Positions 50,718 to 60,018 of a stretch of DNA of 64,000 nucleotides are shown here, one piece after another. A program made the translations under genes and the position numbers. Location of the stretch: IMG/VR virus record IMGVR_UViG_3300021958_000024. One strand, written 5' to 3'. Positions within the stretch are counted from its first letter, which is position 1; every line of letters begins with the position of its first letter. The notes beneath the pieces are model-generated. The model saw only the letters and a list, made by a program, of their open reading frames with translations. It ran no database searches and was not told where the DNA came from. Origin of the DNA: a virus. Taxonomy: Duplodnaviria; Caudoviricetes.

Positions 50718-51884
50718 TTGATGACAAAGATGAAAAAGTTCTCTAGTTTTATATTCGAAGCACAAGCATCTCTAGCGTCCCAAAGAGCACAAAAAATGGG
50801 ACTGCGTGGGGATGGGCATGGTGGCTGGTATAATGCTACTGGGGAGTTTATTGCAAAAACTGAAGGTGGGGATTTAGTATTCTACACTAAAGGTCAAAGA
50901 CCTGGAAGAGATGTTCCTAATCCTGCAGATAAAAAACCAAAGATTGAAAGAAATCCAGAACCATCTTCTCCAGAACCTGATGAGAGTGGTGGGGCAAAAC
51001 TTACAATAGTATTTGGGAGATTTAATCCTCCAACAAGAGAGCATAAACAACTGTTTATTTCAGCAAGAAATATTGCTGGTAACTCCGATTTGAAAATATA
51101 TCCATCAAGGATTCAAGACAATGAAAGAAATCCAATCAAACCAGATCCAAAGATTGGATTTATGAAAAAAATGTTTCCTGATTTTAAGGATAATATTGTT
51201 AATGACGAAAAGATGATTACTATCTTTGATGTATTGCAAGCGGCTGAAAATGACGGATATAAAGAAGTTGCTATTGTAGTTGGTGCAGATAGATTGTCTG
51301 AGTTTAGAAGTCTTGCACAAAAACACAATGGAAGTGTATATAACTTTAATGATATTACGGTAGTTGCTGGTGGAGAAAAAGATTCTGATACAGAACTATC
51401 ATCAAAGATGAGACAAGCTGCTGCAGAAGATAATCTGAATTCTTTTAGATCTGGACTTCCTAGAGGATATAAAGATGTTGAGAAAGTATTTAAAGCAGTT
51501 CAGTCTGGATTAGGTATTAGGACTCAAAAAGAAGAATATCAACTTTGGAAGATTGCTCCAAAAGTTCATTATAGTGCATTAAGAGAAAACTATATTGGTG
51601 GAAATATTTTTAAGGTTGGATCTATTGTTGAAAATATAAACACTGGATTAAGGGGAAAAATTATTCGTAGAGGAACCAACTATCTTATTTGTGCAACAGA
51701 AGATGATCTTATGTTTAAATCATGGATTACCGATGTAGTTGAGAAGAAAGATTTTACTAATGTATGTGGTGTAGTTGCTAGCGAGAGAGAAGTTGGAACT
51801 CCTTCACTTACTCAATACACTATGAAAATGGCAGATGTGAAGAGCATTAGGAATTTTATAAATAAGTATAAGGCAAAAAAGTAA
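50718..51884 (+). CDS. Cytidylyltransferase-like (HIGH-superfamily) protein
   Basis: FGRFNPPTREH, VVGADR, SSKMR; probable start MKKFSSFIFE at 50730. Confidence 0.8.
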   Translation: MMTKMKKFSSFIFEAQASLASQRAQKMGLRGDGHGGWYNATGEFIAKTEGGDLVFYTKGQRPGRDVPNPADKKPKIERNPEPSSPEPDESGGAKLTIVFGRFNPPTREHKQLFISARNIAGNSDLKIYPSRIQDNERNPIKPDPKIGFMKKMFPDFKDNIVNDEKMITIFDVLQAAENDGYKEVAIVVGADRLSEFRSLAQKHNGSVYNFNDITVVAGGEKDSDTELSSKMRQAAAEDNLNSFRSGLPRGYKDVEKVFKAVQSGLGIRTQKEEYQLWKIAPKVHYSALRENYIGGNIFKVGSIVENINTGLRGKIIRRGTNYLICATEDDLMFKSWITDVVEKKDFTNVCGVVASEREVGTPSLTQYTMKMADVKSIRNFINKYKAKK

Positions 51885-51896
51885 ACACTTATACTA

Positions 51897-54689
51897 ATGA
51901 CATTACATCTTAACGATATCTCCAAGATTTATCTTGAGCAGATTGCTGAGGCAAAAGGTGCTGGCGAAGACCAAGAGCATAAGTACCCCAAAAAATCTGG
52001 TAAGAAGTCAAAAGATTACGATGGTGATGGCACTGTCGAAGATGAAACTGATGAATATGCTGGTGTTAAGGATAACGCCATTAAAAAAGCAATGGGCAAA
52101 TCCGTATGCGATGAATGCGGAAAGAAAAAGTGTGAATGTGATAATGTGAAGGAAGAAAGAAATGTTCATGGGCAAATCGAAGTTCCCTCTGGAGATCTAA
52201 AGTCTCTTGTAAAGAAAGCAGTAGCAAGAATCGATACTGATGTTGATGGTGATGTAGAGCATAATGATAAGCATAAGGGTGAGTATGGTGAGTTTGTTCC
52301 GACACCAGATGGTAAGAGAACATTTAGTGGACCTAAAACTAGAAAAGAATCATTCTCTAACTGGAGAAGTGAACTAAATGAAGTTCTGGAAGAAGATGGC
52401 AAAGAACAAAAGTTCAAAGAAATGCCTAAGAACCAGACAAATACTATTAAAATCAATCCAGTTCTAGAGAACTCTATTGCTTCTATTGATGGTGTAGTTA
52501 TAGAAGATGTTGAGTTTGATGCACCTGAACCAACTAATATCTTTGAGGATTTTGTTGACGCAGAGATTTACTTTATGGACGATGAGATGATTTATGACAT
52601 CGTTGAAGAATCTATTGTAGAACTACTCGATGAGGGGTATGATTTAGATTATATTGTAGAGTCTATTGTATCTTCTGTAGATTATAGTCTAGAAGTTTTA
52701 ACTGAAGGAGTTGCTGAAACTGCTGCAAGAAAACGTTCTAAGGATGTAAAGAGAACTCAACTAAGAGCAAAAGCAAAGACTTTTAGACCAGATCCTGCAA
52801 CTCTTAGAAGAAATGCAAGACTTAAAGCAGTAAAAAGTGCTGCTCAAACTGCAGGTGAAAAGATTAAATCTGGTGTAAAGAAAGCAGGAAAAGCTGCTAC
52901 TTATGGTGCTGGTTATGCTGCTGGTGCTACTGTTAGAGCAGCTAGAAGACTAAGAGATAAAGCTAAAGAAGGATATGCAAGAGGATCTCAAGGATCTTCA
53001 TCTTCAACAGGTTCATCTGCATCTACATCCTCAGATTCATCTACATCCTCAGATTCATCTACATCTGCACCAACATCGTCTACTTCAGATAAGAAGAGAA
53101 GTTTACTGAGCAGAGTTGGTTCTGGTCTAAAGAAAGCAATCAAAGGAACTGTTAGAGTTGGTGCTCGCGCTGTTGAGGTTGGTGCTGGAGCAGTTGCTGC
53201 TGGTGCTAAGAGTGTCAGAAAGAGAATGTCTGAAGAGTTCTATCAAGAATCTTGTGAGATTGCTGCTGAGTATTTTATTGAAGAAGGTTTAAATGAAGAG
53301 GGTGTAGCAATCCTTATTGAAGAACTTGGTGTTGATGAGTTTGCTGAGTTTGTTTATGATCTTGGTGAAGAAATCATGCTCACCGAAGAACTAAATGAAG
53401 CAAGAGCGGGTGGAGTTAAAGTTGCTCCTGTAACTAAGACTGGCAAGTCTGTAGGATCCCTCAAAGGAGGTCCTAGAACTTCTGCTATCAAGCGTCTTCG
53501 TAAGGAAAAAGCAGCAAGAAGAGATGCAGAAGCAAAAGCATCTGCAGCAAAACCTTCAGGAATGAAGGCAGCACTTCAGAGTCAATCAAAAACTGCTGCT
53601 AAGAGAAACACTGCAGTATCTAAAGCAAAGAGTGCTCAACCTAAGAAGAAAGGTATTTTGGATAGAGTTGCTGGTGAAGTTCTGAAAGGAATGGAGCGCC
53701 ATAAGAAGGCAATGGCAGCTGCTAGAGAGACTGGTAAAACCATTTCTAAGGCAGCAAAAGTAGGTGCTAAAGGTGCTCAAGAGTTTGGTAAAGGATTCTC
53801 TTCTGGCGTTAAAACTACTGCTAAAGCAGCAAAAACCGCAAAGAAAGTTTTTTCCGATGAAGTAGAATATGATTCCAATCTTGTTGATGAAGGTCTTAAA
53901 CAAGCACGTAAAAATGTAGGTGCTTCTAAATGTTGGCCTGGAAAAGTTGCCAAAGGCACTAAAATGAAAAATGGTCGAGAAGTACCTAACTGTGTAGATG
54001 AGGGTATAGACCTAAAAAAAGCATCAATGGGCGAGGTGATCGACGATTTCCGTCAGTCATCCGCCCCACAGTTCAAAGGAAAATCTGATAAGAATATTCG
54101 CCAAATGGCAATCGCAGCTAAGTTAAATACTGAATCTGCTGATACTGGAGTTGAACCAAGTCCTCAAGAACTGATGCTACAAAGAAAAGCATCTATGACA
54201 AGACAGCAGATTGAAAGAGCAAGGGTTAAAAACATTAACACTGCAAGACAAGATGCTGTAAAGAAAGATAAAGAGGAAACAAAAGAGGAAGTGAAGTTTT
54301 CTGGAAACTATGGGGGTCCTCTATATGCTCCGCATCCTGATCTAGTTGAAGCTCGTCGCGGTCCTGCGGCACCTGGTAAAGAGGAAAAGGGTAAGGCAGC
54401 AGCAAAATCTCTTGCTGCTATGAGAGAGCGCCAGAAAGTTCTTGATAAGCATAAGGAAAAGACTGGTAGGAAACTTGATATTTCTAAATCGCCTGAAGGT
54501 AAGGCACATGCTAAAAACTTCCCAGGTTCTCGCCAAGAGAAAAAGATGAGGGGTGATAAAGAGACTCCTTTAGAGACTCACAACAGAAGAGTCAACAAAA
54601 CGACTGCTCGTATTGTCAAGCATGGTTACACTTCTAAAGAAAAGAAAGAAGTGCAATCTATGGCTAAGCATACTTCAAGATATGATTGA
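51897..54689 (+). CDS. 930-aa acidic/basic modular protein, putative capsid-internal polyprotein
   Basis: Repeated acidic spacer then (L/V)xE then basic segment; TATAAATA at ~51857. Confidence 0.75.
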   Translation: MTLHLNDISKIYLEQIAEAKGAGEDQEHKYPKKSGKKSKDYDGDGTVEDETDEYAGVKDNAIKKAMGKSVCDECGKKKCECDNVKEERNVHGQIEVPSGDLKSLVKKAVARIDTDVDGDVEHNDKHKGEYGEFVPTPDGKRTFSGPKTRKESFSNWRSELNEVLEEDGKEQKFKEMPKNQTNTIKINPVLENSIASIDGVVIEDVEFDAPEPTNIFEDFVDAEIYFMDDEMIYDIVEESIVELLDEGYDLDYIVESIVSSVDYSLEVLTEGVAETAARKRSKDVKRTQLRAKAKTFRPDPATLRRNARLKAVKSAAQTAGEKIKSGVKKAGKAATYGAGYAAGATVRAARRLRDKAKEGYARGSQGSSSSTGSSASTSSDSSTSSDSSTSAPTSSTSDKKRSLLSRVGSGLKKAIKGTVRVGARAVEVGAGAVAAGAKSVRKRMSEEFYQESCEIAAEYFIEEGLNEEGVAILIEELGVDEFAEFVYDLGEEIMLTEELNEARAGGVKVAPVTKTGKSVGSLKGGPRTSAIKRLRKEKAARRDAEAKASAAKPSGMKAALQSQSKTAAKRNTAVSKAKSAQPKKKGILDRVAGEVLKGMERHKKAMAAARETGKTISKAAKVGAKGAQEFGKGFSSGVKTTAKAAKTAKKVFSDEVEYDSNLVDEGLKQARKNVGASKCWPGKVAKGTKMKNGREVPNCVDEGIDLKKASMGEVIDDFRQSSAPQFKGKSDKNIRQMAIAAKLNTESADTGVEPSPQELMLQRKASMTRQQIERARVKNINTARQDAVKKDKEETKEEVKFSGNYGGPLYAPHPDLVEARRGPAAPGKEEKGKAAAKSLAAMRERQKVLDKHKEKTGRKLDISKSPEGKAHAKNFPGSRQEKKMRGDKETPLETHNRRVNKTTARIVKHGYTSKEKKEVQSMAKHTSRYD
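53020..53065 (+). repeat. 18-bp in-frame tandem repeat (2.5 copies) encoding STSSDS
   Basis: CATCTACATCCTCAGATT x2 plus CATCTACATC. Confidence 0.85.
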
Positions 54690-54729
54690 TTCTTGCATAT
54701 ATAATCTGTAGATTTTTGGTAAACAAATC

Positions 54730-54915
54730 ATGTGGGCATTATTTCTCCCTCTTGCTAAAAGAACAATCGGCAATCTTCTAGAAAAAGAAGAAGTCCGTCG
54801 CTATTTGGTTTCAATCTTAAGAAATCTAGCTGCCTCTACCGACAATAAGTTGGATGATAATGCAGTGGATGTTGTTGAATCATTACTATTCAGAACAGAA
54901 GATTCTGCATCATAA
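54730..54915 (+). CDS. Small conserved hypothetical protein
   Basis: STDNKLDDNAV motif; amphipathic. Confidence 0.65.
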   Translation: MWALFLPLAKRTIGNLLEKEEVRRYLVSILRNLAASTDNKLDDNAVDVVESLLFRTEDSAS

Positions 54916-54930
54916 ATAGTACATACAACG

Positions 54931-54953
54931 AAGGAGAGGAAACTCTCCTTTTT
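54931..54953 (+). terminator. Rho-independent terminator followed by a TATAAATA late promoter
   Basis: AAGGAGAG-GAAA-CTCTCCTT plus Ts. Confidence 0.8.
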
Positions 54954-54994
54954 ATAAATATTTTTTAGTTAAACTTTTTTAATAGGTAAAAAGA

Positions 54995-55528
54995 ATGGCA
55001 CTCTGGGGTAATAAAGATCTTGTATATAATGAAGGAACAGTTTCCGTCAACCTTGAAACGGGAGTCATTGACGGTGTAGTAGGTGCAACCACCTTTACAT
55101 CTGCTGTTTCAGAAGGTGATGTTGTTACAGTCGGGACTGGGGCAACATATGGTTATGCAGTGGTAATCGGAGTTACCTCTACCACTCTTTCGATTGCTTC
55201 TACAGCAGGATTTGTTTCTGGTTTAACAACCGTACCTGCTGGAGCAACTTATTTTGTTTCACAGGAACCAATCTATACTGTTGGTGACTCCCATTATCAG
55301 GCACCTGAAGCTAAGTCTGATTACACTTCTAGTGTATATGGTGTGGATGAGATTGAAGTTGGTGCAGCAGCAACAACAGCGTATGCAGTAACACATGGTG
55401 GATGGGTAGGCATCACCACTTACATGGATATGCACGATAATCTAAGAGTTAAGAACGAAGTCCTAGTTGCAGGTGGAATCCTAACAACTACTGACGCTCC
55501 TGGCGATGCTTACTTCCCAGGCAACTGA
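54995..55528 (+). CDS. Putative virion structural protein
   Basis: MALWGNKD...VYGVD..E...HGGWV...RVKNEVLVA; late promoter. Confidence 0.7.
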   Translation: MALWGNKDLVYNEGTVSVNLETGVIDGVVGATTFTSAVSEGDVVTVGTGATYGYAVVIGVTSTTLSIASTAGFVSGLTTVPAGATYFVSQEPIYTVGDSHYQAPEAKSDYTSSVYGVDEIEVGAAATTAYAVTHGGWVGITTYMDMHDNLRVKNEVLVAGGILTTTDAPGDAYFPGN

Positions 55529-55546
55529 TAAATGAAAGAGTAAATA

Positions 55547-55930
55547 ATGAGATTTGATGAACTGAATGAGGATAACTTTTTATACTTCGCCATTAAAAAT
55601 TACGAAAATCCTCAAGCCGTAACAAAAGAAGATTTTAATAAAGATCTTAATCATTTTAAGTACATTAAAAGACTTCTAAAGAGATATCATAAAACGGGTG
55701 AGATAAGAACTCACCTTTTGATTAATCATTTCGTCATTCTTTATAATGTATTTGGAGAAGCTGCTACTCCTATGCTATTTTTAAAAATAGATAAGGATAT
55801 GTGGCCCCAAGTAAAAACTTTCATTTTATTTTTGAATAAACTTCCAGATTATCCAAAATCATATATTCATGATATTCAGGTCGATTTATTTTGTTTAAAA
55901 GAACTTCAGAAGATCTATGGACAAGATTGA
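55547..55930 (+). CDS. Conserved hypothetical protein of T4-like phages
   Basis: ELNEDNFLYFAIKNYENP, FKYIKRLL, LLINH. Confidence 0.75.
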   Translation: MRFDELNEDNFLYFAIKNYENPQAVTKEDFNKDLNHFKYIKRLLKRYHKTGEIRTHLLINHFVILYNVFGEAATPMLFLKIDKDMWPQVKTFILFLNKLPDYPKSYIHDIQVDLFCLKELQKIYGQD

Positions 55931-56111
55931 TAAAGTAATAAGATATTTTAGGAATCTTAGAGAAGACGCTGCGATAGTTCCTACTAATAGTCTTGCCCCA
56001 GGGAATATAGCTGGGACATCGCAAGCTGGTGATGATCCTCCTGTAAGAAAGAAAAAAAAGAATAGGTATATTTGGTTGAAAGGTGTTAGAGCAAACTGGA
56101 AAACTAAATAA
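55917..56111 (+). CDS. Small hypothetical protein
   Basis: NLRE/DAAIVPTNSLAPGNIAG followed by a basic tail. Confidence 0.6.
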   Translation: MDKIDKVIRYFRNLREDAAIVPTNSLAPGNIAGTSQAGDDPPVRKKKKNRYIWLKGVRANWKTK

Positions 56112-56259
56112 TAATAAGCTATTGGCAAGAATGCCAAATGAGAAACCAAACCCCATGTTCGCCATATCAGATGTTAAAACTCACGAATAACGTGATTAAA
56201 TGGACTGGAGTTGTTACTTTTTATTGTAATACAATACTCTATTTCAACAGGTAACAGAT

Positions 56260-56691
56260 ATGTTTGGATTCGGTAATAAGTTTGCTGTCCTAGAATCAAA
56301 GTTCGAAATATACGAAGATCTTTCCAAAGAGATGTTGGATAAGTTGGAGAGAGCTGTTAATACTATATCCGATAATAGTAATAAGATTGCTATTATTTTG
56401 GAAAGACATGAAGCAAAAATTTCTGAAGGGGATAAAACGTATTCAATCATATTGAAGATGATTGAAGACATGAAAGAAAGAAACAGTGTAGAATATGGGG
56501 AAGTAGAACAAAAGATTGAAAGTTTGGATAGAAAGATTCATGATCTATCAAAGTTTAGATGGCAAGTAGGAGGAGTCCTTGTGGTTGCGAGCATCATTTT
56601 AGGATCTCTAACAACTGGATTCATTTCAAACCTAATCCCAAATGCTTTGACAAGTCCCTCCTCAAGTGCTAGTATAGTAAGGAAGTCGTAG
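56260..56691 (+). CDS. Coiled-coil protein with a C-terminal transmembrane helix
   Basis: Heptads followed by RWQVGGVLVVASIILG. Confidence 0.7.
   Translation: MFGFGNKFAVLESKFEIYEDLSKEMLDKLERAVNTISDNSNKIAIILERHEAKISEGDKTYSIILKMIEDMKERNSVEYGEVEQKIESLDRKIHDLSKFRWQVGGVLVVASIILGSLTTGFISNLIPNALTSPSSSASIVRKS
56647..56675 (+). promoter_or_regulatory. sigma70-type promoter for the primase-nrd operon
   Basis: TTGACA-N17-TAGTAT with TG. Confidence 0.55.
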
Positions 56692-56701
56692 TAGTTTTTT
56701 C

Positions 56702-57700
56702 ATGGATTTTGTTGACACCAAATACATCAGTATTTTGTCATCAAAACTGACAAAGTTTAAAAAAGTTAAAAATAATCTATACAACTTTAGATGTCCTATT
56801 TGCGGAGATTCAAAGAAAAATAAAAATAGAGCGAGAGGGTATCTTTATCAAGTAAAGAATAATACTAACTTCAAATGCCACAACTGTGGTATCAATATTT
56901 CATTTAACAACTTTCTAAAGGACGTTGACTTAGATCTCCATAAGCAATATACTTTTGATAAGTTTAAAGAAGGTAAAACTGGTAAAAACTTTGTCACAGA
57001 AGAACCTAACTTCAATTTTCAGAAACCTGACTTTTCCACTCGACGTGAAAAATCCAAAGATGTGAAAAAGTTAAATCTACCAAAAGCATCTGAAAACGAA
57101 CAGGCGAAAGATTATCTAGAAAAAAGAAAGATAAATCCAGATACCTTTTATTACGCTGAGAAGTTTATGACTTGGGTTAATACCATAGTACCCAAAAAAT
57201 TTGAGAATGTGAAGTATGATGAACCTAGAATTATCATACCTTTGTTTTATAATGAAGACTTAATTGGAGTTCAGGGAAGATCCCTAAGTTCAAACTCTGT
57301 TAAATATATCACTGTGATGTTTAATGATGACGTACCAAAAATCTACGGACTCGATAACATCAGAACAGATGCTCCAGTCTATGTTACAGAAGGACCATTC
57401 GACAGCACTTTCATTCGCAATGCGATTGCTATGTGCGGAGCTGACGCTGATATTATTAAGTGGGGGATTAGCAATCCTGTTTGGATTTATGATAACGAAC
57501 CACGTAATAGAGAAATCTTATCAAGAATCTCCCGTGTTATCGAGACTGGACAAAAAGTTGTCATCTGGCCTTCGTCAATAACTCAAAAGGATATCAATGA
57601 CATGGTTCTTTCTGGACTTGATGTCGAATCTGTGATAGAATCAAATACTTATTCGGGACTACAAGCAAAACTTAAGTTTACAACTTGGAAAAAAATATGA
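56702..57700 (+). CDS. gp61: DNA primase gp61
   Basis: NFRCPICGDS, KCHNCG, TOPRIM VTEGPFDS, YDNEPRN, KDINDM. Confidence 0.95.
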   Translation: MDFVDTKYISILSSKLTKFKKVKNNLYNFRCPICGDSKKNKNRARGYLYQVKNNTNFKCHNCGINISFNNFLKDVDLDLHKQYTFDKFKEGKTGKNFVTEEPNFNFQKPDFSTRREKSKDVKKLNLPKASENEQAKDYLEKRKINPDTFYYAEKFMTWVNTIVPKKFENVKYDEPRIIIPLFYNEDLIGVQGRSLSSNSVKYITVMFNDDVPKIYGLDNIRTDAPVYVTEGPFDSTFIRNAIAMCGADADIIKWGISNPVWIYDNEPRNREILSRISRVIETGQKVVIWPSSITQKDINDMVLSGLDVESVIESNTYSGLQAKLKFTTWKKI

Positions 57701-59991
57701 GCAACGGAACAAAAGTAGTTAAAAGAAACGGTCGAGTTGAAGCACTTGATCTTGATAAAATGCACATCATGGTAGATGAAGCATGTAAGGGACTTGCTGG
57801 AGTTTCTGCAAGTCAAGTGGAAATGAAATCAGGTATTCAGTTTTACGATGGCATTTCCACAGCGGAGATTCAAGAGATTCTAATTCGTTCTGCTTCTGAT
57901 TTGATAGATTTAGACCACCCAAACTATCAATACGTGGCTTCAAGGTTACTTCTGTTTGCCGTAAGGAAGTCTTTGTATGAAATGATTAGGGATTTCCCTC
58001 ATCTAGAAGATCATATTATTAACTGCACTAATGCAGAAGTTTATGACAAAGAGATTTTTGTTAAATACTCTAAGGAAGAAATCAATAAAGCTAATTCCTT
58101 TATTGATCATCACCGTGACTATCTGTTCACTTATGCGGGTCTACGTCAAGTCGTTGACAAGTATCTTGTGCAGGATAGAAGCACAGGAAAAGTGTATGAA
58201 ACTCCCCAGTTCATGTACATGATGATTGCTCTGACAATCTTTGCAGAGTATCCAAAAGAAACCAGAATGTCATACGTTAAGAGGTACTATGACGCAATCT
58301 CCAAACACAAAATCAACATTCCCACACCTATCATGGCGGGAGTGCGAACTCCACTTCGACAATTTGCTAGCTGTGTTCTTGTTGATGTTGATGACACCCT
58401 CGATAGCATCTTTAGTTCTGATATGGCTATCGGCAAATATGTTGCACAAAGGGCGGGAATCGGTATCAACGCAGGTCGAATCCGTGGCATCAACAGTAAA
58501 ATCAGAGGCGGAGAAGTGCAGCACACAGGTGTTGTTCCATTCCTCAAAAAATTTGAAAGCACTGTCAGATGCTGTACTCAAAATGGCATTCGCGGTGGAT
58601 CGGCTACAGTACACTTCCCAATCTGGCACATCGAAATCGAAGACATCCTAGTTCTAAAAAATAATAAAGGAACTGAGGATAATCGTGTTCGTAAACTAGA
58701 CTACTCAATCCAGATTAGCAAAATCTTTTATGAACGATTCATCAACAATCAAGACATCACACTCTTCTCTCCACACGACGTTCCTGATTTGTATGATGCT
58801 TTTGGCACTGATCGATTTGACGGGTTGTATGTGGACTATGAATCAAATCAGTCTATTCCAAGAAAAGTTATTAGTGCTCAAGAACTATTTTTGACACTCC
58901 TGAAAGAACGGGCAGAAACTGGTCGTGTTTATATTATGAACATTGATCATTGCAACACTCACTCTTCATTTAAAGATAAAGTTTGGATGAGTAATCTATG
59001 CCAAGAGATTACTCTACCTACTGATCCAATCCAACACATTGATGGTCAAGGTGAGATTGCACTTTGTATCCTTTCTGCTATTAATGTTGGTAAGATTAAA
59101 TCAGATTCTGAACTTGAAGAGTTGTGCGATCTTTCTGTCCGTGGACTCGAAGAACTGATTGACTATCAGGAGTATCCAGTCAAGGCAGCAGAACTCGCTA
59201 CAAAGGCACGTAGATCCCTTGGAGTGGGATTTATTGGTCTAGCACACTACCTTGCTAAACTAGGGTTTAAATATGACTCTCAAGAAGCATGGGATGCTAT
59301 ACATAGTCTTTCGGAATCATTCCAATATTATCTCTTGAAATGTTCCAATCAACTTGCAAAAGAAAAGGGTTGGTGCGAAAACTTTGGTCGTACTAAGTAT
59401 GCTGATGGAATCCTCCCGATTGATACATACAAGAAGGAAGTAGATGAGATTAGCAATCATGAGTTGGAGCGTGATTGGGAAGATCTTAGAGAGTCCATTC
59501 TACAGTATGGTCTCCGACACAGCACATTGTCCGCACAGATGCCTTCGGAGAGCAGTTCCGTTGTGTCAAACGCAACCAATGGAATCGAGCCCCCTAGAGA
59601 CTACTTGTCCATTAAGAAATCGAAGAAAGGGCCTCTTAAACAGATTGTTCCATCGTATTCTACATTGAAAAATAACTACACTCTTCTGTGGGATATGAAG
59701 AATAATGATGGTTACATTAAGTGTATCTCAGTCATTCAAAAGTTTTTTGATCAGGCAATCAGTGGAAACTGGTCTTATAATCCAGAAAACTATCCAAACA
59801 AAGAAGTGCCTGTTTCAGAAATGGCAAAAGACTTCTTAACCACATACAAGTACGGTTGGAAGACATCTTATTATCAAAATACTTACGACAGTAAGAGCGA
59901 TGAAGTTGTTGAGGAAAAATCAGAACTTCAGGATTTACTAAATGAAATAGAAGCTTATGAAGAGGAGGATTGTGAATCCTGCAAAATCTAA
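57697..59991 (+). CDS. nrdA: Ribonucleotide reductase class I alpha subunit
   Basis: ATP-cone-like VVKRNG, PTPIMAG, SNLCQEI, MPSESSS, C-terminal CESCKI. Confidence 0.97.
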   Translation: MSNGTKVVKRNGRVEALDLDKMHIMVDEACKGLAGVSASQVEMKSGIQFYDGISTAEIQEILIRSASDLIDLDHPNYQYVASRLLLFAVRKSLYEMIRDFPHLEDHIINCTNAEVYDKEIFVKYSKEEINKANSFIDHHRDYLFTYAGLRQVVDKYLVQDRSTGKVYETPQFMYMMIALTIFAEYPKETRMSYVKRYYDAISKHKINIPTPIMAGVRTPLRQFASCVLVDVDDTLDSIFSSDMAIGKYVAQRAGIGINAGRIRGINSKIRGGEVQHTGVVPFLKKFESTVRCCTQNGIRGGSATVHFPIWHIEIEDILVLKNNKGTEDNRVRKLDYSIQISKIFYERFINNQDITLFSPHDVPDLYDAFGTDRFDGLYVDYESNQSIPRKVISAQELFLTLLKERAETGRVYIMNIDHCNTHSSFKDKVWMSNLCQEITLPTDPIQHIDGQGEIALCILSAINVGKIKSDSELEELCDLSVRGLEELIDYQEYPVKAAELATKARRSLGVGFIGLAHYLAKLGFKYDSQEAWDAIHSLSESFQYYLLKCSNQLAKEKGWCENFGRTKYADGILPIDTYKKEVDEISNHELERDWEDLRESILQYGLRHSTLSAQMPSESSSVVSNATNGIEPPRDYLSIKKSKKGPLKQIVPSYSTLKNNYTLLWDMKNNDGYIKCISVIQKFFDQAISGNWSYNPENYPNKEVPVSEMAKDFLTTYKYGWKTSYYQNTYDSKSDEVVEEKSELQDLLNEIEAYEEEDCESCKI

Positions 59992-60018
59992 CGACTTTAT
60001 ATTTTAACGAGATAACTA

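Noticed and set aside
53020-53065. Tandem repeat as a CRISPR-like array
   Set aside because: No spacers; simple in-frame 18-bp slippage encoding a Ser/Thr linker
58241-58651. Alternative-frame ORFs inside nrdA
   Set aside because: Lie in a locally higher-GC conserved region with few stops; nrdA is continuous
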